Assembly: GCA_964600985.1 (NCBI GenBank)
Contig: CAZRJR010000001.1
Location: 45,319-109,318, forward strand
Length of the DNA: 64,000 nucleotides
Source: an uncultured Candidatus Saccharibacteria bacterium
Lineage (GTDB): Bacteria > Patescibacteriota > Saccharimonadia > CAILAD01 > JADZBC01
Reading direction: 5' to 3'
Shown here: positions 17,792-27,102 of the stretch, one piece after another
Layout of the letters: the number at the start of each line of letters is the position of its first letter
Position numbering within the stretch: the first letter of the stretch is position 1
Notes under the pieces: model-generated
Told to the model about the DNA's origin: nothing
What the model saw: the letters and a program-made list of their open reading frames with translations, nothing else
Databases searched by the model: none
Translations under genes and position numbers: made by a program

Positions 17792-18694
17792 TTATTGCGG
17801 CTTGCCGTATATATAGCCAAAGCTTGTGGCTGGCACCCAACGCTGGCTGACTCGGTTCCAGCCAGCAAAGTTCATTTCGCTAATGAGCACGCTATTGCCT
17901 TCTATACGCTCCACGTAGGCGACGTGACCGTACCAGCCAGCCGGTGTCCAGGCAATTGCACCTGGCACAGGGATATTGCCTGTTAGCCAACCTTCGGCCT
18001 TGGCGTGCGCCATCCAGTCGCGGGCATTGCCCCAGCGGGCTCCGGTAGGTCGTCGGCTAGCTACGTAGTAGGTGCATTGGCCGTAGGCGTAGCCACCGGT
18101 TGCGTAGTATTGAAGTTGCGCCGGTGGTGATGATTTGGAACGAAATGCAGGTAGAGCGGCTGTATCCACTGTGGTTGTAGTAGTGCTGGTTGGCTCGGAC
18201 TTGGTTGGTATGTCCTCCGGTTTGGTTTCGGCCGAGGTTCTGGCGGCATCTTCCTTGGCCTGAGTTGGGCTTGAGTTAGTTGCTAGTTTGGATGATTCAG
18301 GAGGGTTAGCTTTGGCCGGTTCCTGCTCACCACCTACCATAGCTACAATGCCTGTGGGTACCGTGGCAACTTCTTGCCCTACATTTGCAACGGCGCTAGC
18401 CATGGCTAAGTCTCGCGCTACCACGTGACTCTGAGCTTGCTCCAGTACGGCAACTACCCGGGCGTTAAAGCTGTTGCTGGCCGCATTGGCGCGCTGGCTG
18501 AATTGAGTGGCGGTAGCAATCACTTCCTTGCCAAACATGGGCAAGCCCCGTTCGCCATAGTTATAAACTAAGCTGCTTGCTCGTAATACTATAGCACTGG
18601 CGCTCGCTACTAGTGCTAATAGTAAGGCAGACTTGAGCGCATGCTTGCGCTGGCGAGCCTTGGCGCGCGCTGCATCCCTCTGCTGTAAGTGCAT
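17792..18694 (-). CDS. CHAP-domain peptidoglycan hydrolase (membrane-anchored)
   Basis: The C-terminus carries CHAP motifs (GQCTYYVASRR ... GHVAYVE) and an N-terminal TM helix is present. ORF 49736..50908 is a paralog. Confidence 0.8.
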   Translation of the reverse strand: MHLQQRDAARAKARQRKHALKSALLLALVASASAIVLRASSLVYNYGERGLPMFGKEVIATATQFSQRANAASNSFNARVVAVLEQAQSHVVARDLAMASAVANVGQEVATVPTGIVAMVGGEQEPAKANPPESSKLATNSSPTQAKEDAARTSAETKPEDIPTKSEPTSTTTTTVDTAALPAFRSKSSPPAQLQYYATGGYAYGQCTYYVASRRPTGARWGNARDWMAHAKAEGWLTGNIPVPGAIAWTPAGWYGHVAYVERIEGNSVLISEMNFAGWNRVSQRWVPATSFGYIYGKPQ

Positions 18695-18784
18695 GGTATA
18701 AGTATTGATAGCGTTTTCTCCGATAGATCATCGTACCTTATCTGGCAAGCTGATTTCAAGCATAACTACGAACAAAATTCGGTA

Positions 18785-20482
18785 CTATTTTGTGGTGTTT
18801 GGGGTGGTATTCTCGAGCTTACCACTGAGGTCAATGAATTTGTACGGTTGCCACATGTTGTCTATGTAGTGGTTGTCGGGCAGCAGTGGCAAGTTGGTGC
18901 CAAAGTAGGTATTAAACACAGTGCGGAAGGAATTAACCGGTGATATAGTTGGGTAAATAACGCCGGATGGAGCGCCGGGCAAGTAGTAGGCGTTGAGTAT
19001 GCCGGTCTTTTGTTGCAATTCGCTACTAGTAGCTTTGTTCCAGTTAAAGCCCTTAGTGTTGCCATCAAAGCGCTTGGGGTATGGACCTTCGTCAGCCTGC
19101 AGGATAATAATTGGCTGCTTGTTGGGGTTACTGGTTAGCTGGTTAATGAGCTGAGTGACTTGATCATTGGTATACTTCATTTGTTCTATGTAGAGTTGCT
19201 TCTCACTCATAGCTTTACCACGCTGAGCTGGCGCGCCGTTGGCATTGAATACATACGGTGGGTGCGGTAGTAATATGTGAGCAAAGACCATCTTGGGGCC
19301 AGGCGACGGAGCGACGGTACTACGCAGCTGGGCAAGTTCGTATAGGGCACTTTGGGCATGCAGGCTCTGTGCTGGAATGGTGCGTGTGCTAAAAAGTGTA
19401 ACACCACCAAGTTTGTACGTGGCGCCCATATTAACTTGCAAGATACTGCGGCGTAGCAGAATCGACTGGAAGTCGGACACACTAAAGTTATGTCCGAACA
19501 ATGTGACGCCCCGAAACGAGTGTAGGCTAGTGTTGGCACCTGGATTAGAGCGGGTAGGGTCCCACCACGAACCGAGTTGTGTGTAGCTATAGCCTTGCGA
19601 CTTGGCGAAACTCGCCGCACCGTTAGCAAGGATCATACGCTGTGTGAGTTTGGTGGAACTAACGCTGACCTGATCTTTGGCGCTAAGCGTGGGTAAGTAT
19701 TGACCATTGAGTGACGATGCAACCGACTGCACAGTGTACGGGTAGTTAGAGTGGGCGTCGGTAAGTTGAAAACCTTTGGAACTCAGAAAGTTTATAAAGT
19801 CATCGTTGCTAAATCCGTATTGGGTCCGTAGCGTTTCTTGGCTGGCATAACGATCAAGGATAATGTAGTACATATCTGGCTTCTTAGCTGGGGCAGTGCT
19901 GGCCTTGGCACTGGCAAGCGGCGAGCTAATAGGCAGTGCATCGATGCGATAGTTCATTATATGGTAGTGGGCGATTGTGTAACACGTGTAGGCAAGGCTG
20001 GCGCCCATGAACACCGCCACCAGCCTTACCGGGGGCTGCCAGCTTTTAGTCGAACGGCGCATGACGTTGGTAAGCAACACAGCAAATACAATGCAGTACA
20101 GTATGATTATTCTGCTGGTGTGGAAGACTGGATTGCCCAAACCAATGGCCGAGAGCACATCGGTAATGTTGTCCTGGAGTGGTATAAAGGTAAGGATTAT
20201 GAGGAGTAGAGCGCTCGCAAGCAAACTAGCTTTGTACACGTGTCGTAGCAACAACCAGCTAAGGCCGAATAGAAGCACTGCTAGACCAAGGTTACATAAA
20301 AGTGGAACCGCCAGCTGACTAAAGTGCAGTTGACTTTGGTTTACGGCGAACATGGAGACAACGGGCCAAGCCGCGCAGAATATGAGCAAGGCAGCAGCTG
20401 GTAGGTTGCGTAGCAATGCAGATTTAGATAGTTTGCGCGGAGCAGTAAGTGGTTTTTTACTCGGCGGCTGTCGGTGTTTCAC
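18785..20482 (-). CDS. membrane protein with extracellular sulfatase-like (alkaline-phosphatase superfamily, LtaS/MdoB-like) domain
   Basis: 565 aa with about 5 N-terminal TM helices followed by a ~370-aa soluble domain (MYYIILDRYASQETL...). The architecture resembles LtaS/phosphoglycerol transferases. Family assigned with moderate uncertainty. Confidence 0.45.
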   Translation of the reverse strand: MKHRQPPSKKPLTAPRKLSKSALLRNLPAAALLIFCAAWPVVSMFAVNQSQLHFSQLAVPLLCNLGLAVLLFGLSWLLLRHVYKASLLASALLLIILTFIPLQDNITDVLSAIGLGNPVFHTSRIIILYCIVFAVLLTNVMRRSTKSWQPPVRLVAVFMGASLAYTCYTIAHYHIMNYRIDALPISSPLASAKASTAPAKKPDMYYIILDRYASQETLRTQYGFSNDDFINFLSSKGFQLTDAHSNYPYTVQSVASSLNGQYLPTLSAKDQVSVSSTKLTQRMILANGAASFAKSQGYSYTQLGSWWDPTRSNPGANTSLHSFRGVTLFGHNFSVSDFQSILLRRSILQVNMGATYKLGGVTLFSTRTIPAQSLHAQSALYELAQLRSTVAPSPGPKMVFAHILLPHPPYVFNANGAPAQRGKAMSEKQLYIEQMKYTNDQVTQLINQLTSNPNKQPIIILQADEGPYPKRFDGNTKGFNWNKATSSELQQKTGILNAYYLPGAPSGVIYPTISPVNSFRTVFNTYFGTNLPLLPDNHYIDNMWQPYKFIDLSGKLENTTPNTTK

Positions 20483-21891
20483 GCTCGACTCTTCATGAGG
20501 TACATAGTGCGCTTAGAGCCTTTGATCGGCGTGGTCTCAATTATAGTAAAGAAGCGCTTAAACGCAGTTTCAAAGCCTGCTGCATCATAGTCGCCAAACA
20601 CATCCTCGCGACTCATGAGTAAGCGCTTAACCATACTATCTTGTTTGGGTACAAATTCGATAATAAGGTATTTACCAAGGCTGCGAAAGTATTCTGCTAC
20701 GTGCCCAAAGGGTACGTTATTACCAATGGTCAGGTGGTGGATCAGTGCAAGCGCCATGAGAGTATCGGCTGGTCCACGCTGGGCAAGCGAACTACGCTCT
20801 TGGCCCGCCCAGCCAATGCCCGAGCTAGGGTTGGTAAGGTCTACGAGCAGGGGTAGGAGCTTGGTGTTGCTTTCTGACTTGGCATGGAGATAGTTGTGCT
20901 CTATGGCGATAGGGTCGTCGTCAAAGCAGAGCGTGGTTCGATTCCGGGCACTTGCTAGGCGACTAAACACACCGCTATTGCCGCCCAAGTCCCATACTTG
21001 CTTAGCGCGAGTGCGCTCCAGGTAGCGTTCAACAATTGCCTTTTTGTCATTAAAGCTGGCTTTGGTGTAGCTGTGCTTGTCGTAGTAGTCCCCCCAAGTA
21101 GTTTGCTCGCCCTTAGGCTGCCATTTAAGTGAGTTTATGGCGCTCTCTAGACTATGAATGAGGGCGAGCATGCCCTGACGAGACAACTTGGCGGCACTTG
21201 GCTTGTTGTTCGGCGTATTGTTGCCGGCATGCTTAGCCTGCGAGCGAGCATGCAGGTGAATGTGCAGGGCTGTACTTGGCTTAATCCGACTACTGGCTCC
21301 AAGTAGCTTACTGGCTAAATCAAGCGGGACTCCGTCGATATACACGCGCAGGAGTTGGCTGAGCCGAACATCACGCTGTGCCATAAGGGCAAGTGGTGCC
21401 AGGAAGTGCTGGCAGAATTGCTTATATGCCACCCAGGGTTTGCCCTCTTGGTAGGCTTCGAATGACAGCGTGTCAATCATGGTCGGTAGGCCATCGATGA
21501 ACTGAATGTTGTAAGCACTGGCATCCTTGAGGCTCATGCCATGTTCGAGTGCAACTTTTTGTATGTTCAAGGTTGCAAGTGCGGCGTCCTTAAGCTGGCT
21601 AAAGCTCCATTCGTATGGGTAGGAAATAAACTCAACCAAGCTGGGTTTAATGATTTTGTAGACTACCCCACTGTCCTGGGGTGAGGCTGGCTGCTGGTTT
21701 GCATCCATTTCTTTGTGAGCAACGAGGAGCTTGGCTTCGGTGAGCTTATGGTAGAGTCCCGAACTCATCAGGAGTTCATAATCTGCTCTGCACACTTGAT
21801 TGATTTGCCGGTACACCGCGCCGTTATGACTAAACACAAACCCACTTGGGTCGCGAAACGAAGCTGGGTTGGTGTGGATTGCTTCGGTCAT
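20479..21891 (-). CDS. two-domain protein with C-terminal class I SAM-dependent methyltransferase fold
   Basis: 470 aa. Motif I is VWDLGGNSGVFS in the C-terminal half. The N-terminal ~280 aa (SFRDPSGFVF...) is of unknown function. Confidence 0.55.
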   Translation of the reverse strand: MTEAIHTNPASFRDPSGFVFSHNGAVYRQINQVCRADYELLMSSGLYHKLTEAKLLVAHKEMDANQQPASPQDSGVVYKIIKPSLVEFISYPYEWSFSQLKDAALATLNIQKVALEHGMSLKDASAYNIQFIDGLPTMIDTLSFEAYQEGKPWVAYKQFCQHFLAPLALMAQRDVRLSQLLRVYIDGVPLDLASKLLGASSRIKPSTALHIHLHARSQAKHAGNNTPNNKPSAAKLSRQGMLALIHSLESAINSLKWQPKGEQTTWGDYYDKHSYTKASFNDKKAIVERYLERTRAKQVWDLGGNSGVFSRLASARNRTTLCFDDDPIAIEHNYLHAKSESNTKLLPLLVDLTNPSSGIGWAGQERSSLAQRGPADTLMALALIHHLTIGNNVPFGHVAEYFRSLGKYLIIEFVPKQDSMVKRLLMSREDVFGDYDAAGFETAFKRFFTIIETTPIKGSKRTMYLMKSRA

Positions 21892-21893
21892 AC

Positions 21894-22169
21894 CTACGAG
21901 CTTTTTTGGACTGATTGCTTAGTTTCTTTAGTGGGTGATTCTGGGCCGGCTTTAGCTTTTTTGTGAAAGATTCCGCCGAAGAATGCACTGATTTGCTTCC
22001 AGAAAACTTTTACAAGGTACGATACGGTGGCCAAGGCGGCGATTACGATCTGTACAATACTCGATCCCATACCCGGGTCGAGGTAAGCGTGGGCTGGTTT
22101 TGGCACAACTTGCCACAGGATTAAACTTAGTATAAAAAGGTGCGACGCAAAGACTAAAATTCGTTTCAT
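21894..22169 (-). CDS. small hypothetical membrane protein
   Basis: MKRILVFASHLFILSLILWQV... is the internal Met of ORF 21894..22205. It has two hydrophobic segments and abuts the gene downstream. Confidence 0.35.
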   Translation of the reverse strand: MKRILVFASHLFILSLILWQVVPKPAHAYLDPGMGSSIVQIVIAALATVSYLVKVFWKQISAFFGGIFHKKAKAGPESPTKETKQSVQKSS

Positions 22170-22291
22170 AGTGATTCCATTTAGGTTTTTATAATTATGG
22201 ACCAAGTCGCGATTGACTTACGAGGAGGGAGAAATAGCAAATTCCTTCTTACTATTGTAGACCACTCCAGCTGAAGATCAACTTAACTGGG

Positions 22292-23689
22292 CTACGAAGG
22301 GGGCGTATAGCGGGGGCCATCGCCAACCGAGAAGATCCGCGGACTATCGCCATCGGGGAGATTGATGAGAGTTACATGGCGCCCATTCTCATACCCGCCA
22401 GCGTGGAGAAGTGCGGGGTGATAGATGGCGCCACTCTCAAAGTCATATTCGCCATCCGGCGTGTTTGGTGGGGGGCAGTTACCTACTCGAATAGCGAATT
22501 TAGATCCAGAAACGGCTTCTTGAGTTAAGTTTGAGCCGTAGAGGCCAACTGGACCATTGACGCCGCGATAGCACCACATCCACACATCGTCTCTAAGTAG
22601 GCTGAGTGTTGCAGCTACGCTCCCTACATTATTGCCGTCGTTCCAGCCCGCACCGTAGCCAAATATCTCATCGATTTGCCAGGCGGAACCATTCCACCAC
22701 ACATGGTTATGGCGTGTATCGTGCGACAGTGAGGGAATGGTTGAACTATCGTTAGCCCCTGAGCCTGTCGCTATGAAGTGAAAGTGCCCATCCTTATCTA
22801 CACACCTGCCACCCGCCGTGGCTCCACCGATACTAACTCCACCTACTTTAATCGCGGCTGCGCCAACGCCAGCTACACCATCGAGCGTAGTACGGTAGGT
22901 AAATGGTGCGGTAACTGCTTCACCCAATACATTCTCCCAGGTACTACCCTTGTCGTGGCTGCGCACATAAAAGTATTCGGACATGGTGGAAGGTGTGCTG
23001 GTCGACATACGCCATACATATACACAGTGCAATGTGTCTTGGAGATCTACGAACGAATGAAGTAAATAGGCGCGGTCAGGAATATCGTCAGTGTCGGCTG
23101 CGTTATCCACGCCTAGATTTGGCGTAGTCATAATTTCGCCCGTGCCCACACAGGGCTGCCAAGTATCTCCAGGATTTGGTCCGAGTCGCCACATAGTCTG
23201 GTCGCGACCAACCGGGTTGGCAGTATCTGACTGATCCTGGTGCCATATGAGCGTGCCATCCGAGAACACCTCGTAAGCCTGGTAGGTAGTATAATTAGCG
23301 CCCGAGGTAAGCCAGTTAGCTGGGTTTGGTGCTTGGGCCCAGCTGGATATGTTATGCGGGCTCGTTGATTTTATGTACTTCATGGGTTGCTGGTGGCCGT
23401 TTCCGGATATGTGTATGTAGCCCTGGGCATCTACTGCTAAAGCTGCCGCGAAGTGTGAGTCCGAAACTTCAATTGGCCCAAAGGTAGCCGAGGCGGTTCC
23501 TGGCGTAGCTACATTGGTTACGTCTACGGTTGTCCACGAGGTACTGGTGCGCGGCCGTTGACAAACCAATAGCCGCCAGTCAACAGTAGTAACCAGGCAG
23601 TACTCGTAGTTGGCGGTGCGCCAAACGGTCGGCCAAGCCGAGGCAGTACCGTTGCGAGCGTTGCCGAGGGCTGTTGCGTAGCCAGCCAT
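22292..23689 (-). CDS. BNR/Asp-box repeat beta-propeller protein (sialidase-like glycosidase fold)
   Basis: 465 aa. SHDKGSTW is a canonical Asp-box (SxDxGxTW). The Trp/Gly/Asp-rich repetitive composition fits a propeller. It starts 5 nt after the stop of the fibre-like gene upstream. Confidence 0.6.
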   Translation of the reverse strand: MAGYATALGNARNGTASAWPTVWRTANYEYCLVTTVDWRLLVCQRPRTSTSWTTVDVTNVATPGTASATFGPIEVSDSHFAAALAVDAQGYIHISGNGHQQPMKYIKSTSPHNISSWAQAPNPANWLTSGANYTTYQAYEVFSDGTLIWHQDQSDTANPVGRDQTMWRLGPNPGDTWQPCVGTGEIMTTPNLGVDNAADTDDIPDRAYLLHSFVDLQDTLHCVYVWRMSTSTPSTMSEYFYVRSHDKGSTWENVLGEAVTAPFTYRTTLDGVAGVGAAAIKVGGVSIGGATAGGRCVDKDGHFHFIATGSGANDSSTIPSLSHDTRHNHVWWNGSAWQIDEIFGYGAGWNDGNNVGSVAATLSLLRDDVWMWCYRGVNGPVGLYGSNLTQEAVSGSKFAIRVGNCPPPNTPDGEYDFESGAIYHPALLHAGGYENGRHVTLINLPDGDSPRIFSVGDGPRYTPPS

Positions 23690-23694
23690 GTGGC

Positions 23695-25086
23695 CTACGC
23701 CCTATGAAGCTTTACTACTGCCGAATTGAGTACCATGTCTATCTGTGCGCCAGTCGTAGAGAAGGTGGTATAGGCACGAATAGTGTGAGTTCCCGATTGA
23801 TCAATGCTCGATGTTGCCGAGCCGACCGATGTAGTACCGGTGACCGCCCATCCAGCAGTTGAACCGTTGGAGAGGTGGAAGATGCCCGAACTTGATTGTG
23901 TGCTAAGGCTCGAACCGATTACTATTTCGATAGCAGCACGCCATTTGCGTCGATCGGCATTGGCGGCTACACTCGTCATGGTATCAGTCATAACAAGCGT
24001 GTCGGCAATGTAGAGTCGAAAACCAAGATCTATGGCAGAACCCGAATCATTGTTAAATGTACCGGCTAAGGTGAGTTCAATTACATCACCAGTTTGTAGC
24101 TTTCCACTCGCGACTGAGTATGAGTACAGGTCACCATTAGAGGTGACAGTGCTTGGTGTGGCGCTGGAATCGAGTACATGGGTACCGCTCGAATCTACAT
24201 ACGACTTGGTGGTAACGTCGTTTGCATCCACGGGTGTAGCGGCCGATAGTATGGTGAAACGACCAGTTGCCGAGGAGCTCATAAACGCCGAGCCGTTAGC
24301 TGTGGTTATGCCTAGTCCTGGTGTTCCAAATGCGTTACCAAGCCCTGCGTAGTAGCCTGTGGGTACATCGGTAGGGTAGGCTAGTACCGAGCCTGCTCCA
24401 ACTGTAACCACTCCATTACCACTGGGGTCTACAGTGAGGTTACCCGTCATGGTGCCGCCAGACTTTTGAAGACTCGACGTGAACTCAGACTCATTCACAC
24501 TAATGGTAGATATACCAGTAACTGGTGCAGATATGTCTATGCCGGCACCCGCTACGAGCTCTGGCGCACCGAGCTGCGAGTTTACATATTGCTTGGTGGT
24601 GGCGTCGGTGGCATTAACTGGTTCGGGTACGGTAACTGTGCCGGTAAAGGTGGGGCTTGCTAGGGGGGCTTTGCTGGCTAGATCACTGGTAAGGTTGGCT
24701 ATCTTGGACTGAGCAATCGCCGCACTACTGTTTACGTTGGCATCCACAATTGCATTGGCTGCTATTTGCGGACTGTCCGCAGTGCCGGCTAAGTCGCCTG
24801 CCAATTGAATCTTGCCCTTCGAGGAGGTAGTGGCATCGGCCACTCCCGAGGAAACAAGCCCATCGGCGTAGGCTTTGGTAACGGCCTGATTGGCACTGGT
24901 GGGTGTAGGTACAGTTACACTACCGGTAAAAGTAGGGTTGGCAAGCGGCGCATAGCTAGCCAGCGTACCACCCGACTTAAGCGTACCGTCGCTATTATGC
25001 TCTACGCCAAGGTACTCATTAAGGACTTCTCCCCAAGTGCCTTTGTCGCCTCCTGGCTGCGGTAACCGTGCCAACTCCACCTCCAT
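23695..25086 (-). CDS. phage-tail-fibre-like surface protein (paralog 2)
   Basis: 463 aa. Its N-terminus (LARLPQPGGDKGTWGEVLNEYLGVEHNSDGTLKSGGTLASYAP) matches ORF 2218..4128. It has three tail-fibre repeats of the form (A/S)NPTFTG.VTVP.P...A.TK.Y(A/V)(D/N), with Ser/Thr/Gly-rich beta-strand regions after them. Confidence 0.75.
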   Translation of the reverse strand: MEVELARLPQPGGDKGTWGEVLNEYLGVEHNSDGTLKSGGTLASYAPLANPTFTGSVTVPTPTSANQAVTKAYADGLVSSGVADATTSSKGKIQLAGDLAGTADSPQIAANAIVDANVNSSAAIAQSKIANLTSDLASKAPLASPTFTGTVTVPEPVNATDATTKQYVNSQLGAPELVAGAGIDISAPVTGISTISVNESEFTSSLQKSGGTMTGNLTVDPSGNGVVTVGAGSVLAYPTDVPTGYYAGLGNAFGTPGLGITTANGSAFMSSSATGRFTILSAATPVDANDVTTKSYVDSSGTHVLDSSATPSTVTSNGDLYSYSVASGKLQTGDVIELTLAGTFNNDSGSAIDLGFRLYIADTLVMTDTMTSVAANADRRKWRAAIEIVIGSSLSTQSSSGIFHLSNGSTAGWAVTGTTSVGSATSSIDQSGTHTIRAYTTFSTTGAQIDMVLNSAVVKLHRA

Positions 25087-25210
25087 TTACCAAACGTGTA
25101 TTACGCTTATGATATCATGTTGCTTTCTACTAAGGAAGCCTGGCATTAACCTGTTACTTTTGTACTGTTTTTGTTATGCTTAAGCTAATTCAAGTAATAC
25201 GCAGGAGTAG

Positions 25211-25555
25211 GTGGAGAGAATGAAGCGGGTAGGGCAGATTCTAGGAATATTGGTTGCTAGTTTGGTGCTATGCTCCTGGTGTGCAGTGCCAACTGCAGCG
25301 CGGGCCGACAATAGCTATTCGTGTGGCACCTATAGCGCGGGCGATTACCAAGCTGGCTCGTGCGATGCGGGTGTTGTGGACCAGGTGACCCAGCCAATTA
25401 CGAACTTTATAAACAACACACTACCGGCAACTGGTACCACCATTCCGGTATTTATAGGTGCAGCCGTAGTCACACTCGGCGGGCTTGGGGTGTATCTGGT
25501 TCTCAAAAGGCGTCGTAAGAATTCTGAGCAGGAAAACGTTTCAATTGAGGGTTAG
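25211..25555 (+). CDS. small LPXTG cell-wall-anchored surface protein (sortase substrate)
   Basis: 114 aa. It has an N-terminal signal peptide and the C-terminal sorting signal LPATG, followed by a hydrophobic segment and the KRRRK tail. Confidence 0.7.
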   Translation: MERMKRVGQILGILVASLVLCSWCAVPTAARADNSYSCGTYSAGDYQAGSCDAGVVDQVTQPITNFINNTLPATGTTIPVFIGAAVVTLGGLGVYLVLKRRRKNSEQENVSIEG

Positions 25556-25616
25556 CAACTTAGAGGGTGGGTCATATGGGGTTGAGCCGAAACAGCTTAC
25601 TGTGTGAGATGGTGGC

Positions 25617-26145
25617 CTAGTTATGGATATTAGTAAAGCCTAGTTTGTTCTCTAGATAGACAACTGTTGGGAGATTAAGGAGATGGAACTTCACGCCAAA
25701 AGACGATAGTTTATATCCAATCTCTGGGTTAACTCCACGATCCACAGAGACTAGGTTAAAAGATTTGTCCTCGTACTTCTTCAAAAAAGTCTCGATACTA
25801 TCAAATAGTACTAACTCAACATGCTCTAGACCTTCTTTAACCTCTCTTCCAGGATTTGGGGCTGGTAATTCAATCGTATCTATTCTCCATTTCTCATGGT
25901 AAATGGGAGAATCCAGTCGAAATGTAGCAATGGGTCTGCCGTTAATTATTAACCTCTCCCAGCAACTCAGCTACAAGGGCCAGATCGGCCTTCTTCTGTT
26001 CATAGTTCTTCATAGAATGTGTCCTGTAGCATATATGATCCATCTGAACAAAGTCGGCCATATCAAAGCCTTCGGCCTCTATTTCGGCGGTAATATCCTT
26101 CAGGAATACTTTGTAATCACCAACAATCTTTTTGAGTTCATTCAT
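25617..26145 (-). pseudogene. VOC/YecM-like protein interrupted by a +1 frameshift near 25942
   Basis: The 67-aa ORF 25942..26145 ends with a TAA stop. The adjacent +1 frame continues without a start codon for ~108 aa (GRPIATFRLDSPIYHEKWRIDTIELPAPN...FTNIHN) down to a TAG at ~25617, so together the two pieces make a ~175-aa protein. Confidence 0.5.
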
Positions 26146-26333
26146 ACTTTAATCCTAACACAAAAGACTCCTCTCAAAGTCTTTTGTTGGCAATTACTAC
26201 ATTGGTGATCCTAATGACTGAAATCTCGAACTTCAAGGACAGTTTGAGGATCTTAACTGCGAAACCCTAGAAACGACAAAGCCGACTGACGCGCGAGGCG
26301 CCAATCGGCAATGCCAGTTCGGTACTCCGATGT

Positions 26334-26825
26334 TCAGTACGACCAGTAGTCGCCGTAGTCGGAGAACGGGTCGTCGTAGTCGTAGCGACGGTGGCCGACG
26401 TCGACGAGGCTGAAGGCGAAGTCGCCTTCGTCATCAGACTCCATCTCGCGAGCGGAGGCCTCATCGTCTCGACACCACCAGCAGAGCTTCTCGCCACCAC
26501 AGGTGATGTACCAGGTCTCGGCGTCCTCATCGAACACCAGGTGATGCAGGCGCTCGTCCTCGAGGACCTGCATCCGGAAGAGGCGCCGACCGAGCTCGTC
26601 GTGGGTGCGGTAGTCGTCGACGTGGATGCCGAGATCGAAACGCACGGTGACCAGGGCCTTCTTGCCGGGGGTGAACGAGACACCGGGGCCGTTGAACGGG
26701 CCGTAGGGTCCTGGGATCGGCAGCACATCGACGAGTGTGCGGTCGAGGATCTGGAGGGTGACGTTGACCTGGCGCTCAGCGGCGAGCAGCAGGTCTTTCG
26801 AGGTGCCCTCGTACTCGATGGACAT
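26334..26825 (-). CDS. hypothetical acidic protein on high-GC insert
   Basis: It starts at the internal Met (MSIEYEG...) of ORF 26334..26915. Over a sampled 60 nt the minus frame shows the canonical high-GC codon pattern (GC3 ~85% > GC1 > GC2 ~40%), whereas the antisense ORF 26391..26894 does not. Two Cys pairs are present (CGG...CWWC). Confidence 0.45.
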   Translation of the reverse strand: MSIEYEGTSKDLLLAAERQVNVTLQILDRTLVDVLPIPGPYGPFNGPGVSFTPGKKALVTVRFDLGIHVDDYRTHDELGRRLFRMQVLEDERLHHLVFDEDAETWYITCGGEKLCWWCRDDEASAREMESDDEGDFAFSLVDVGHRRYDYDDPFSDYGDYWSY

Positions 26826-26946
26826 GTTTTCCAGGAGGCACATGGCCGTCCCTTTCATGATCGTCTTGGATGGGTGCGAACTGACAGAACTTAACGTTCG
26901 TCGTAATAATAGCATAAAAATAATAAATTGTCAAGACTGGTGATCC

Positions 26947-26965
26947 CGCGGGGAATACTAGATGT
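26947..26965. repeat. 19-bp direct duplicate of the tRNA-Glu 3' end (att-like)
   Basis: tggtgatcccgcggggaat matches 27103..27121 exactly (reverse complement: T-arm 3' half + acceptor + CCA of tRNA-Glu). Confidence 0.9.
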
Positions 26966-27102
26966 ATAACCATCGTCATTCGTTAAGCCCAAAAGCAAGC
27001 TTTCGGCTTTGTCTCACTCCTCGATTATCGAACCCCTTCGGTGCTCAGTCGCCAACGCAACTACCATACAAAAAGCCCGAGCATAGGCTCAGGCACTTTG
27101 TA

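Noticed and set aside
2218-25086. Prophage call around either tail-fibre-like gene
   Set aside because: No terminase, portal, capsid, tape-measure, holin or integrase genes are recognisable within tens of kb, so I describe the genes as orphan fibre-like genes and not as a prophage.
26205-26213. 9-bp match (tggtgatcc) to the tRNA-Glu att core at the left edge of the GC-rich block
   Set aside because: A 9-mer is expected about once by chance in a window this size. I mention it only as context in the tRNA-Glu finding and do not call it a feature.
26391-26894. 167-aa plus-strand ORF antisense to 26334..26825
   Set aside because: In a sampled 60-nt stretch its codon-position GC pattern is GC1 > GC3, whereas the minus frame shows the canonical GC3 > GC1 > GC2 pattern.
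26990-27075. Possible tRNA fragment (GGGGTTCGATAATCG, a T-loop-like sequence) between the att duplicate and tRNA-Glu
   Set aside because: I could not build a D-arm, anticodon arm or acceptor stem around it. It may be a remnant of an att region but does not qualify as a tRNA or pseudo-tRNA call.
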